Assembly: GCF_006345805.1 (NCBI RefSeq)
Contig: NC_042998.1
Span: 158,348,001-158,412,000 of the forward strand
DNA: 64,000 nt
Reading direction: 5' to 3'
Source: Octopus sinensis
Taxonomy: Eukaryota
Under the pieces are notes generated by a model that was not told the origin of the DNA, made no database searches, and saw nothing but the letters and a program-made list of their open reading frames with translations. A program made the translations under genes and the position numbers. Of the stretch, positions 12,646-25,199 are shown one piece after another (within the stretch, counting starts at the first letter, position 1; each line of letters starts with the position of its first letter).

Positions 12646-13944
12646 AGGGGCGCAGCTGGAGAGGTATATCAATAAATGGGCCCGTTTTCCCCTGCCTTAG
12701 TGGGCTTGTTGCCCAAACCGAAGGGCAAGGCTTCGTGAACATCATTTTCTATTTTAGACTCTGATAGTTACCCACTGCTAATGTGAAGTTACCTGCTTTG
12801 ATGTTTGGTTCGTAGTTAATGTAAGTTTTTACGAGTTATTCAGTAAGGATTTGAGTATTCCTTAGAAGATTTCCCCATTGATTCCTGCCACAGTTGTGGT
12901 CTTGCATATACCTATACCCCAAACAGATATATACTAGATGGATATTATTTCTGACAGGATCAAGCGAAGCGAGGAATTGGACTAAAGGAAATCGCCATCA
13001 AAGAAGGCATAGCAAACAGTACGGTCGATGTTTGCTTTGTCAAAGGAATCACTCAAGTAGTAACAGTCAACGATGAAACTTACAAGATCCTGGAAGATGA
13101 ATCTGTATTAATTACCTTCATCAGAGTTATATACTTCTTAAAAGTAAACCACTTCTAACATCTATAGAACTAGCGATCATAGTTATCACATCCCAACAGG
13201 CTACAGATAAGAACTCGAAATTCAGTTAATCGATTTCTTGAATAGTAGCTAGCTGGAGCAATTGCCTTCAATATCGATATCATATATATTCAAGGACACC
13301 GAATTCATAATAAATTAGTCTTCAAACATCGTGATATTTCGTTTACCTCTGCATGAAAAAAAACTATCACTGCGATAACATGGAGTAGGTATACTTTTCA
13401 ACCCAAAAGCAGACAGGACATTAAACAGTTTATAAAAGGCCCTAGAATAGTAATTACTACTTATGGAAATCATTAGTGATCTCCTGCTATGATCAAAAGA
13501 ATAGTGTCGAAAATTACCAAAGTAAATATCCAGATCTTAGGAAGAGATATGAATGCGCGAAACTGGATGTAGTGAAAATTTGAACCATATATTTCACAAA
13601 TGTACTTACATTAATTGATAGGTCAACGCCAGTATGAGCTTGTATCAGAATGAGACTGTCGTATTTAAATTGAAATTTCCAGAAAGAAAACGAATGGTAA
13701 AACTAATAAAAAGAAATGTGTATAGCTCACATTGATTAACTTATTCATAAACGAAATTGGATTAATATCATAATGTTGTGAAAACCTACACTAGGTTTTC
13801 AGGTTTTATTCAAATGACGAATAGGGTTTCAAGGCTCGTCTTGACATGTGTGTCAACAAACTCTACATTAACGGCACAATCCACAATATATGACACAACA
13901 ATAAACCAACAATCGAGCAAATCATGCACTTTATTACACTATGG
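12645..13944 (+). mobile_element. 5' region and APE endonuclease remnant of the same LINE type, inverted relative to the RT part
   Basis: Plus-strand pieces IDIIYIQGHR, GVGILF, PRIVITT, GRDMNA, AHID..NWIN. Runs into the assembly gap. Confidence 0.65.
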
Positions 13945-14044
13945 NNNNNNNNNNNNNNNNNNNNNNNNNNNNNNNNNNNNNNNNNNNNNNNNNNNNNNNN
14001 NNNNNNNNNNNNNNNNNNNNNNNNNNNNNNNNNNNNNNNNNNNN
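13945..14044. other. Assembly gap (100 N)
   Basis: N run. Confidence 1.
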
Positions 14045-14092
14045 CATTTCTTCAATATATAATACCTGTACATCATCTCCAAAACCTTCCAA

Positions 14093-14152
<60 letters not shown>

Positions 14153-14154
<2 letters not shown>

Positions 14155-14859
14155 TGTAGGTCTCAAGATGAACCGCATGAAAATAAAGTTCATGCGGTCA
14201 GACAACGTACCAACAGGTCGAATGGTGATCGGCAGTGATGAAATAGAGGAGGTGAGAGAATATGTTACCTGGGACAGGAAGTAAATATGTGCAGGGATAT
14301 CAAAAAGGAGATCTCACACGAGAGTAAGGGCTGGCTGGATGGAAGGCCTTCAATGGCATAAGGGATGTGCTCAAGGGAAGGTTGGACAGGACCACCCGCG
14401 CCAACCTCATTAACGTGCAGTTCTGCCTGCAATGTTATATGGTAGTGAAACATGGCTACCACAAAGAGAGAAGAGCAAAGACTGATAACGGCTCAAAGAG
14501 CCATGGAAAGGTCAATGCTTGGTATCTCGTTGAGAGAGCACATAAATAGCAACATCATCAGAAAGAAGCCGGCGTGAGAGATGTCATCGCCAGATTATAC
14601 TCGCAGCAAGTAAGATGGGCTGGACACGTCGCCCCGGCTCACCGATAATCGGTGGACGCACGCAGTCGTCGAGTGGTACCCGCGTGAGGGAACGGAAAAG
14701 AGCACCCGGAAGACCTCCACGACGGTGGAGTGACGATTTCAAGACGACGATTGGGATCACGTGGATGAGAAAGGCGCGATCCAGAGAGGAGTGGACAGCG
14801 TTCTGTGACCAGCGGTGTCAAATGGACGCCTGACGGACTGGTCGATCAAAGTGATCAAA

Positions 14860-14863
<4 letters not shown>
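14153..14863 (+). mobile_element. 5'-truncated RTE-1-like LINE inserted in (TA)n
   Basis: YLGQE, LPAMLYGSETW, AQRAMERSMLGISL, RWAGHVAR, VVEWYPR, RAPGRPPRRWSD, with frameshifts. Stop at 14833, then a (GATCAAAGT)2 tail. Confidence 0.9.
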
Positions 14864-14895
<32 letters not shown>

Positions 14896-14920
14896 CATAC
14901 ATACATACATACATGCATAC

Positions 14921-14956
<36 letters not shown>

Positions 14957-15576
14957 CACACACTCAGAAAGGATGACAAATTTGTGTGCGTGTAACACAT
15001 CATAGCGTGTGTATTTGTGCTGATGTTATGCGTGTGTGATTGCTGAATGTTAATGTGTATGGTGTGCGTGCGTATATGTGAGTGTGTGAATGAATATATT
15101 AACACAAATACAGAATGTAAAAATCATTTCATACATATTTATTTATATCGATATCTATATTGTATTTCGACAGTGATCTTTTCATGTATGCTTATGCATG
15201 CGAATATCTTCATAGACATGCATTCATACTAACTCTCTCTCTCACACACACACACATACAAACACATGTGTGTATGCTACTATATATTTATACATTCATA
15301 CGCGTTTGTATGCTTCTGTAGGTCTGCTCATTTCTGTTAGTCTACATAAGTGCATTTACACGCGAGCAGACACATACATACGGCTATAATTAAAGAAACA
15401 CACACATATAATATATACATTTGTATATTTTGCTCATTTTTTTAATATGTGTATATTTCTTGTATTCATGTCAGCGTGTACGGTTATATCTTTTTAAATA
15501 TGCGTGCATATTAATGCAATTGTGTGCGTGTGTGTGTGTGTGCGTGCGCGCGTGTGTGTATGTGTGTGTTTGTGTG

Positions 15577-15607
<31 letters not shown>

Positions 15608-16066
15608 TTATGTGTGTGTGTTTGTGTGTGTGTGTGTGTTTGTGTGTGTGTGCGTGTTATGTTTGTGACGATTGCGTTTAGTACATGTACGACCAGACAT
15701 AGTTCTGTCACGCAAACGCGATAAATCTTGTCAAACATCAAAGGTCTTCATTTTCTACAACCAGACATTTAATAATCAGCAGTATGATATAATAGCGCCT
15801 TATTCATGGGATAAATAGCTTATTTATTATAGACAAATAGAATATGTACAGAACCAAGTATCAAATGTATACCTTTCCCGTTTGACTTTATGTAATCATG
15901 TAATCAGTGGAGTTTCTCAGTCTTGTGATTAGCCCTATTGAATTGTATGTGTTTATGCGTGTGTTTACAATAATATAAACATACATATATTCATATTTAT
16001 ATCTATCTATTTATTTAGCTATCTGCCTGCCTATATACATTCGTGCATATACATATACAAATGTGC

Positions 16067-16149
<83 letters not shown>

Positions 16150-16389
16150 TGTGTGTGTATGTGTGTGTGTAAGAGTCAGAGAGACAGAGACTTGGTAGTA
16201 CAAAGAGGATAAATAGAACTCAAAAGATGATTATACACATACATACGTATTCCATTGATAATGGGCAGAAGCTACAAAGTGACTCAAGGACCTAGAGTTG
16301 TGTGCATTTGCCTAATCAATATATAAATACATGTGTGTGTATGTGTGTGTGTGTGTGCATGTATATATTTGGGTGTGTGTATGTATGTG

Positions 16390-16600
16390 TCCCCCCACCC
16401 CGCTCGCCATCGCTTTACAACCGATGCTATTGTGTCTCCGTAAACTTAGCGGTTCGGCAAAGATATTGATAAAATGAGTAGTAAGCTTACAATGAATAAG
16501 TCATAGGGGCGATTTCTTCGACTAAAATCCGTTTAAGATGGCACTCCAGCATGGCCGCAGTCAAACTTTTTAAAACAAGTAAAGAAGTAAAAGAATAAGA
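16390..16600 (+). mobile_element. SINE 3' half (second tRNA-SINE family)
   Basis: ccatcgct..acaaccgatg..cttagcggttcggcaaa..ccagcatggccgcagtc..aaacaagtaaa. Same family at 20195, 24095, 25200 and 39960. Confidence 0.8.
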
Positions 16601-16637
16601 CAATATATGTAACTATACACACATTTCATACCTACAC

Positions 16638-16672
<35 letters not shown>

Positions 16673-17219
16673 GAGTGAGAGAGCAGTGCATGCCATCAAA
16701 GTGACACTGGGGTAAAATATACGAAGCCCAATATACCCATCATGACTACCCGTCTGATAATGGTACACCAGGCACATGCATCACAACCATATGTGCGCGA
16801 CATGGGGATCTCATATCAAGATAAACAGCACATGACCTTGCAGGTGGGGCCCAGTTAGAATTTTCTTCAGGTTGAGTAGCCCATCCCGCTCAAACGGTCC
16901 CTGAATAAGGGTTGTTTAAGGAACCACCCATGTTTCCAGAGGCGAACTATTCAAACCCCAAAGAATCCCTCTCAACACATGGCTATGATGCTCCCCCACT
17001 ACTTCTGCTCGTGATCAGAGATGCACATATCGTCAGCCACTAAGGGACATGCTCAACTGGTTAAGGTCAAACAACTGACAAGCAAATCTGTGGTATTGAG
17101 CAGAATATTTGCTGTAGCCCATCTTTTATACCAAGACAAAACAATGTACATGATACACTTCCAATTAGTTAAGATCAGAAGCCATGAGAGCCACTGCCTG
17201 GTACTGCATCAGGGCATTT
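16673..17219 (-). mobile_element. ~550-bp (AAT)n-embedded non-autonomous element, full-length copy 1
   Basis: Highly similar to 43432-43964, 59238-59795 and 61355-61849. Flanked on both sides by (ATT)n. Strand assigned by analogy with the Dong elements. Confidence 0.85.
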
Positions 17220-17260
17220 ATTATTATTATTATTATTATTATTATATTATTATTATTATT

Positions 17261-17377
17261 GAGTGAAAGAGCAGTGCATGCCATCAAAGTGACACTGGGG
17301 TACAAATATACGAAGGCCAGTATACCCATCATGACTACCCGTCTGATAAGGGTCACCAGGCACATGCATCACAACCA

Positions 17378-17380
<3 letters not shown>
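17261..17380 (-). mobile_element. ~550-bp element, truncated copy retaining the inferred 3' 120 bp
   Basis: gagtgaaagagcagtgcatgccatcaaagtgacactgggg...acaaccatat between (ATT)n tracts. Confidence 0.85.
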
Positions 17381-17434
<54 letters not shown>

Positions 17435-17437
17435 TAC

Positions 17438-17515
<78 letters not shown>

Positions 17516-17525
17516 CAGCAGTAGC

Positions 17526-17591
<66 letters not shown>

Positions 17592-17594
17592 TGT

Positions 17595-18005
17595 AGGCAG
17601 GAGAGTATGTTGAGCCGGCAGAAACGTTAGCACGCCGGGCGAAATGCTTAACAGTATTCCGTCTGCCGTTACGTTCTGAGTTCAAATTCCGCCGAGGTCG
17701 ACTTTGCCTTTCATCCTTTCGGGGTCGATAAATTAAGTACCAGATACGCACTGGGGTCGATATAATCGACTTAATCCGTTTGTGTGTCCTTGTTTGTTCT
17801 CTCTGTGTTTAGCCCCTTGTGGGTAGTAAAGAAATATGCATTTCGACCGTCGCTACGTTCTGAGTTCAAATTCCGATGAGGTCGACTTTGCCTTTTATCT
17901 TCTCAGGGTCGATGAAATAAGTACCAGTTGAGCACTAGGGGTTAATGTAATCGACTAGTCCCTTTCCTCCAAAATTTGCAAAGCCTTGTGTCGAGAGTAG
18001 AAATA
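17595..18005 (+). mobile_element. Two tandem Meta/MESC-like tRNA SINEs
   Basis: gagttcaaattcc (B-box-like) plus gaggtcgactttgcct.. core, twice. Confidence 0.85.
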
Positions 18006-18029
18006 TGAATAATAATAATTATTATTGTA

Positions 18030-18545
18030 TTAAAACTCACAGCTTATAAGGTAACACTTATAAGGTGATACTGGTCATGCTTCAAGAACCCTCCGAAGAA
18101 TTCTTGCAGTTCCAAGCAATGCTAATTTATGTAGGTGTTCTACCTTCACATTTGCACCGATCTTTTTTAGCCATACTGGTAGTTGAGTGCAGATACTTCC
18201 AAGTGCACAAATTACTATTGGTATCACATCTACTCTCTTCATTGACCACAACCTTCGTATCACCCACTTTAAATCGTCATAGTTGTTTATTTTTTCTTCT
18301 TCTTTCACATTGATCCTATACTATATCGATTATCATATATGTTCTTTGTTTTTTAATCACTACAAAAATGTCCGGTTGACAATGTCTGGTCAGGTGATCG
18401 CTCTGGATGATAGCATCCTACAGGATTTTGCAATTCCCATATTCGGACACTCCTTCTAAAGTTTGCTGATATCATGTCTTTGCTCTTTGTAGACCGTGAT
18501 TTCAACAGAGTTCCCAATGGATCACTCTTGTCATGGCGTCTTTGA
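18030..18545 (-). mobile_element. R4/Dong-type retrotransposon 3' fragment (RLE domain)
   Basis: KEEEKINNYDDLKWVIRRLW..VIPIVICALG..LALLGTARILRRVL. Adjacent to (ATT)n. Confidence 0.85.
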
Positions 18546-18549
18546 TTCA

Positions 18550-18604
<55 letters not shown>

Positions 18605-18642
18605 GTAGTAGTAGTAGTTAGTAGTAGTAGTAGTAGTAGTAA

Positions 18643-18686
<44 letters not shown>

Positions 18687-18689
18687 ATT

Positions 18690-19045
18690 AGCAGGAAAGT
18701 ATAGTGAGCTGGAAGAACTATTAGTACCTGCAACAAAACGCATGGCAGTATTTCGTCCATGATGCGTTCAAAGTTCAAATATCACCGAGGTTGACTTCAC
18801 TTCGAAATAAGTACTAGTCAAGACTAGGGTTGATACAATCGACTAATCTCGAACTTCAGGCCTAATGCCTATAGTAGAAAAGATTATTAGTATTATTAAG
18901 GGGCAGAAAAGCGCAGCGAGCTAATAGAAATGTAGCACGTCGGACCAAATACATAGCGGTATTTCTTCCGGCTCTTTAAGTATTGAGTTTAAATAACGCC
19001 GATTTCGTCTTTACTTTTGCCTTTTCCTTGTTAAAGTACCAGACA
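18690..19045 (+). mobile_element. Two degenerate Meta/MESC-like SINEs
   Basis: gagctggaagaa..ttagtac..agttcaaat..gaggttgactt, tail gtagaaaagattatt, then a second head at ~18915. Confidence 0.7.
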
Positions 19046-19742
19046 AAATTGAAAGAACTGTTGGTTGACAGAAGGTACAAAGTGACTTGAAGGCGGAGTG
19101 GTTTCTGCATAGCACAGTTTGATGAGTAGCATGCACAAATCTCTAGTCCCTTCTAACTTCTGCCGATTTAAAGTAATATACATACGCGTGTGTATGAATC
19201 TATGTATGTGTACACCCACCCACACACACACATACATACAGAGTTAAGCGTATTATGTGTAAGACGCATTCCTACACGTGAAAATGGGTGTGTGCATGTG
19301 TGTGTGTGTGTAATATTCTGTATATTATACAAGCAAAAAGGGAGATGAATATTCCCTTTAAAATATTTATAACATTGGGAACGATCATTCCGCCCTCATT
19401 TCTACGTGTAAGAATTGTTGCCCAGGTCTTTGTGATCATCTCAATGTCAGCAATTAAGGTAGCAAGCACTTTTGCCAAATGTAGACACATCAGTAGTCTT
19501 AGGTGAGGAATAGATGGGTCTACATTTATCTCTCATCCAATGACAAACGTGTGCTGGTTTTTTTGTTCCCGAAACATATATATTCGGAAAAGAAAACAAA
19601 AAGGTAGAAAATCCGAGATAATAAGCACCAGTATTACAAAGAAAATCGGTAGTGGGCGAACTTGTTGACGAAACCCGTCAAGAAGCTGCTCAAGTACAGC
19701 CGGGAATAAAAGATATAAGCGTACCTACATACGTATATACAT

Positions 19743-19773
<31 letters not shown>

Positions 19774-20194
19774 CATATATGTATATACATATATATATTT
19801 ATAAATATATATATATTTATATATTTATATATATATTATGTATATACATACATATATATATATATTTATATATATGTATGCATGTATGTATGTATATGTA
19901 TGTGTGTGTGTGTATGTGTGTGTGTGTATTATATATGTATAGGGAGAGAGAGGCAGAGAGTTGAGTTAAATTAGAGTTTATAAAACCGTCTAAGGGATAC
20001 TTGTATCCAATGAATTAACTGGTGTATTACCGATATCTGATTATGAGTATTAGTATGATTAAGCCTGATTATGCCCTAAATAGTGCGCACTGAAATAGCT
20101 GTCTGATGAAATGATGTCTTTTTATAATCAATAAATAATAATTAATGTTTATCAATTATCAATTTTATCTCCAATTTTTTTATATTTTCCTTAT

Positions 20195-20487
20195 ATGGGC
20201 TCAGCTTCGTGAGTGGATTTGGTGGACGGAGACTAAAAGAAAGCCGTCGTATATATGTATACGACGTGCATGTGTCTTTGTGTCTATGTTCGTCCTCTTA
20301 CCATCGCTTTGGTCTGTTTACGTCCTCATAACTAAGTGGTTCTGCAAAATAGATCGATAGAATAAGTGCTAAGCTTACAATGAATAAGTCCTGGGATCGA
20401 TTTCTTCGATTAAAAAATAAACCCTCTAAGGTAGTTCTGCAGCGTGGCCGCAGTCAGATTATTGTAACACTTAAAAAAATAAAAGAA
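20195..20487 (+). mobile_element. SINE (second family), 5'-truncated
   Basis: gtgagtggatttggtggacggagact..gaataagtcctggg..gtggccgcagtc. Confidence 0.75.
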
Positions 20488-20491
20488 CATA

Positions 20492-20579
<88 letters not shown>

Positions 20580-20934
20580 TGAGAATCTGTGTCTGTCTGT
20601 ATGTGTGCATCACTAAAACTCGAAAACTACCCAACCGATTTCATTCAAATTTTACACATGCCTTCCTTAGGGGCCATGCAGTGTCATGGACTAAAACTGT
20701 CAACTTCTTGCATAATGCGAGTCTGGAGCAATCGCTTATCTCTTACACTATTCCAATATTACGTGTCGAAAGTGAAACAATAACATCCCCTCATAATTGT
20801 AAGAATTTTATATTCGTGGAAGGCGATGTAAAACGTTCGCAGGTGAATAGGGTCTCTTCGTTTTGCACGAACGGCAGCGGATGTGCTGTTACAAAACTTC
20901 ATGCTGTGTTAAAAGAGAGTGGATTTCCTATGTA

Positions 20935-22740
20935 GGCAAGAGACAGGCCCAAAAACCTGCCCTTTTTTAATTAAATGAATGAGGTAAGCCAGTTTCTGCC
21001 TGAAAACCCTTGCAATAATATCATGGCGATGACAGTACTGCTGCCCTGGGAGAAGTTCTCGCGTTACCTCAACCCACTTTGGGTTACATGTAAAGGTAAT
21101 GAATAAATCGGGTCGCCCATAATGCCGAACGTAAGTCATCGCGTTTTGTGTTCGCTCGTGCATGTACCGTGGGCCCCCTGTATAGGTTGAGGGGAGAATG
21201 CACATTTTGCCGATATTGCGGGCGTCAGTGTCATTCCTGATGCTATCACGCAAATGGATGTAGGAGTCTGAGCGCAGCTGCTTCTGATTCAATTTGATGA
21301 AGCACAGTCTCTCGGACTCCATCTTTGCAGCCATGTCAACTGCAAACTGGTGAAACAGTTCCCGTGATCTGTGCAGGGGGTTGAAATCATTATGCCTTGT
21401 CATGAAGCGGTATGAGTAAAAAGCCATACATGAAACGGTTTTAGATGTCGCAGCCGAGGGCTCGTTTGGTTTGTGGTCAGAAATGCCGAAATGGTACCCG
21501 TCTTCTCCATACGGAAAAAGAAGGGGATACTGCAGGGCGTCATATGACCGATGCGTCTCATTAATACGCTGAAGACCACTGTCGCGGCTTTGAAGAACGA
21601 TGTCTCGCTGCTTGTGCTGTTCACCATGGAAAACTATGGCCACTTTATTGCACGAAGGAGCGTTATATCGGCGCGCGTGCTCCCCAGAAGGCTTTTTGTG
21701 AGCATCGATGACAATGGTGAATGTTGGTGAAGGGGCTGTTTTCAAGGCCTATTTGAAACTGCGAATATAGCTGTTGTGGTCATGGAGCATGTTTTGCAGA
21801 GTGAGCAGCACGTCCCTGGCGAAATTGTCAGTGTCAGTGTTTGCAGGTTGTGGAATTACGTCGAAACGCAAATCAAGTTGCCTATTGTAATTTGTAATGA
21901 AATAAATTTGAAGGAAGGAAGGTTTGCAATTTTGTAGTGGCTGGAGTGACCCAATAAGGTGGTACACCTGGCCCTGGACCTTGAAAGTAGGCATCCAACC
22001 AGTTTCTCTGACAACGTTAGCCCCGAAAGAAGTCATCTGAAATGCACAATTGTACTTCCTGATGAGTTGAAGGAATTTTGATTACCTTGAGGTGGAACCA
22101 GTAAGTAATTCCTTCAAAGGGTCTGGCAGCTCCCGAAGAGGGGGCAAGCTGACCTTACCGTTTAAGCAGCACATCGCAGGCGGTCCCCAGCCCAGTTTTT
22201 AGCATTGCAGAATTGGCAATTGAAGCACATTTCCCCAATATTTATGTCAGCGTGCATAGAGTAATTGAAGTTGGGCTCATACTTGAAAGCACGTAGATGC
22301 CAGTAAGGGCTGTTTGGACTCGTCAGACCGCGGCGTCGACTGTTCCGCTGGAATGTAGAACGTTGCTGGTCTGAGTCGTGGGAATTTGTCGAAAATGTTG
22401 AAGCAGCAGTAGCCGCAGCGTTTGTAGCCAGTGGAGTGGCCCTTTGTTGTGGGTCCTCTGAAGCCCTTTGTGCAGCAACAGCAGAAGCCTTTATGGCGCT
22501 GCGCTTCGACCTTGTTTCCGGACCGTCTGAAGCCGTGGAAGCAGCATCGTATGGAGCCATTTTTGCTAGTCGTGCGTTGCGCTGTTGTAAATTTTCAGCA
22601 GCTCGTGATTGCGCTGAACGTAAGGCGCTCTGTGAAAGTCTGAAAGCCTTTTTGTCGGAAGACTCGTTTGCGATAATCGCCTTTTGCGTCGCTGCTGCTG
22701 CAGTATGGCGGCCGAGGCGACTTCTCTTTTTCGGTGGCAT
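20935..22740 (-). pseudogene. Helitron RepHel N-terminal part (Zn-finger region and Rep motif 1), disrupted and truncated before the HUH motif
   Basis: MPPKKRSRLGR, CQFCNAK, FQMTSFGA, FKVQGQVYHLIGSL, YDALQYPLLFPYGEDG, LPSTYTGGPRYM, GRPDLFITFTCNPKW, RHDIIARVF. Frameshift at ~22185 and internal stops. Confidence 0.93.
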
Positions 22741-24012
22741 TTTATGTGAAAGAGAAAGGGTGAAAGTTACTTAAAGATAGAAATTGTAATGTGAATGAAA
22801 TGTGGAAAAATGTAAACCGTGGAAGGAAAAGAAAGAAATATTAGCAGCTGAAAGAAATTTTTTATGCAAGTATAGCGACAGAGTGTGTAAAATGTATTGA
22901 AATTTGAGTTAAAAGCAAGAAAATAAGGTTAGATTTGCAAGAATGGAAGTAGTTTACGTACGTGTTCGAAATGTGAAATTTTAGTTGTTTAATCAAATAT
23001 TTGCGTAAAGTGTATAGAAACGTAAGTTGAAAAAGAAAATGAATTGAAATTTTTAAGAAAGGAATTTGTTTACATACATGTGTCAAATGGCAAATGTTTG
23101 TGCAGTTGTCCGAAATGGAACCAGGGTAAATGTGTGGAACTGATGTATTATAATGAATAGTCCTTCTTGAACTGAAAACCCAGTGGTGTAGCATATAAGA
23201 CCATAGGGGATCTTCTTCTTGCAAAAAGGGATGACCAGTCTGAATGGCTCATCCCTGTCACACACACACACACTCACACACACACACACACACGCACACA
23301 CACACGCACACACACACACACACACGTTAGCTTACAATTTCTTTCAACAATTGACACTGTCGTATATATTTGCGTGTGTATGTGTGTAAAGAGGAAGTGG
23401 GAGTAATAGGCAGAGTAAAGGCTTTGAAGTGAAAGAGTGAAATGTTAAAATATTGAGTTTTCTCGAATTTTTTCTTAATTGGGGGTGAAATTAAAAGAAA
23501 TTTTGTATGGCATGACCGAATGGAAGTACTTGGAAAAATCATAGGTAAACTCTAATTGAAGAAATTGTGTGAGGAGTAAATCGTTATGTATTTATTTGTT
23601 TCTGTTTGCTTTTTGTTTTTTTTTTTTAGTAGTGGTTTAAGGTACACTTGCAAAGAGAAAGTAGGAGAAATTAGGGTGATAGCATGAGTGAAGCAGTTCA
23701 TCCCTGTTATATAAAAAGTTTCACTTTAATTGTTGTACACTTGCAAAGAGAAAGTAGCAGAGATGTGGTGGTAATGGTATGAGTGAAGCAGTTAAAATGA
23801 AAGAGGAAAATCTAAAAATATAGAGTTTTCTCGAATTTTTGCTTAATTGGGGTTGAAATAGGAAAAACTGTACCTGCCACGACCCGATGTATTCTACTCG
23901 TAAAAATGATAGGTAAATTCTAATTGAAGAAATTCTATATTGTAGATTTGTATAATAAACAAACGGTTGGAAGGCAGATAAAATCTGCCTTTTATAATAA
24001 GAAATAAGAAAT

Positions 24013-24073
<61 letters not shown>

Positions 24074-24094
24074 TGTATATGTATATTTACATAT

Positions 24095-24305
24095 GTGCGT
24101 GAGTGTCCGTGTTTGTTTTCCCCACCATCGCTTGACAACCGATGTTGGTGTGTTTACGTCCCCGTAACTTAGCCGTTTGGCAAAATACTTCGATAGAATA
24201 AGTACTAGGCTTACAAAGATAAATCCTGGAGTCGATTTCTTCGATTAAGGGTGGTGCTCCAACATATCCGCAGTTACATGATCGAAACAAGTAGAACAGT
24301 AAAAA
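24095..24305 (+). mobile_element. SINE 3' half inside the composite Helitron
   Basis: cccaccatcgcttgacaaccgatgttggtgtgtttacgtccccgtaacttag..gaataagtactaggcttac. Confidence 0.85.
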
Positions 24306-25199
24306 CTATGCCATTTTAATCCCGAGCAACACCGGGTATCTCTGCTAGTGTCTGTGTTTGTGTGTGTGTATATATATATCTATATATAAATATATGCACA
24401 TTGACACATTCGTTCAAAGTTTTACAAGCTGCAGTAACATACAGCGCACGGCGTACCGTGCGCGTGTGATGTGTGTGCGTTTGTGTGGTGTGTATGTATG
24501 CGCATTTACATATCTGTATTTAAATATAGTTAATGAAACATTAAGTGAATGAATGAATGTATGTTTGTGAGTGTTTGATTGTCTGTTAGCTAGCTATAAC
24601 ATTTGATTACAGTCTCTAAATGGTAAATAATAGAAAGCGTTGACAGTTTTGCCTCAAGCTATCAGTTGTCTCAGAGGAAACAGAACGGGTCTCTGCTGTC
24701 TGTTGATGTCTGAGAGAAGAAAAGGATGTGTGTGATATGCGTGCGTATGCGTGCGTGTATGTGCATGTGTGTCAGTGCGTAACTGTGTGTGTCTGTGATT
24801 TCGCATCACTTTCATTGTTTGCAGCAACATTTTCCCAGCAACCTTTTAGACAGCTAAAGAAATAAGTACAGCTTGCTATCTCGATTCACAAGTATTTTAG
24901 TTTAAGTTTCAATCTCTCGTGTCCTCTGGTCTTGCATTCCTTTCTCGCACACCAGCACGCGCACACACGTACTTACTAGTGTGTGTGTACGAAAGAGAAA
25001 AGGTGTGCTAGTATCTTGACGTAGAATTTATTTGTTTACTGAAAGTTGTGATTTAATTCTCTGCCAATGTCGGTTTTCACTGTTGCCGATGTGTGAAGCG
25101 TACAATCTGAAAACATGGCGTAGGGAAGCTTTAGGTTACTTTACACAAACACAACCCGCATGCACACAAAGAGTAGATTTGGTAGATAGAAAATAAAAC

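Larger units (their letters stand above)
20489..24348 (+). mobile_element. Composite Helitron with plus-strand termini
   Basis: 5' end: (TA)n-aaaactgagaatctgtgtctgtctgt..aaccgattttcattcaaattttacac (the exact TC start is obscured). 3' end: hairpin cccg-agcaacac-cggg (24321-24336), then CTAG|T. Both ends resemble the Helitron at 53921-54296. Confidence 0.7.

Noticed and set aside
25063-25120. Possible pre-miRNA hairpin (gccaatgtcggttttca...tgaaaacatggc)
   Set aside because: Pairing collapses beyond the basal stem and no mature miRNA is recognised.
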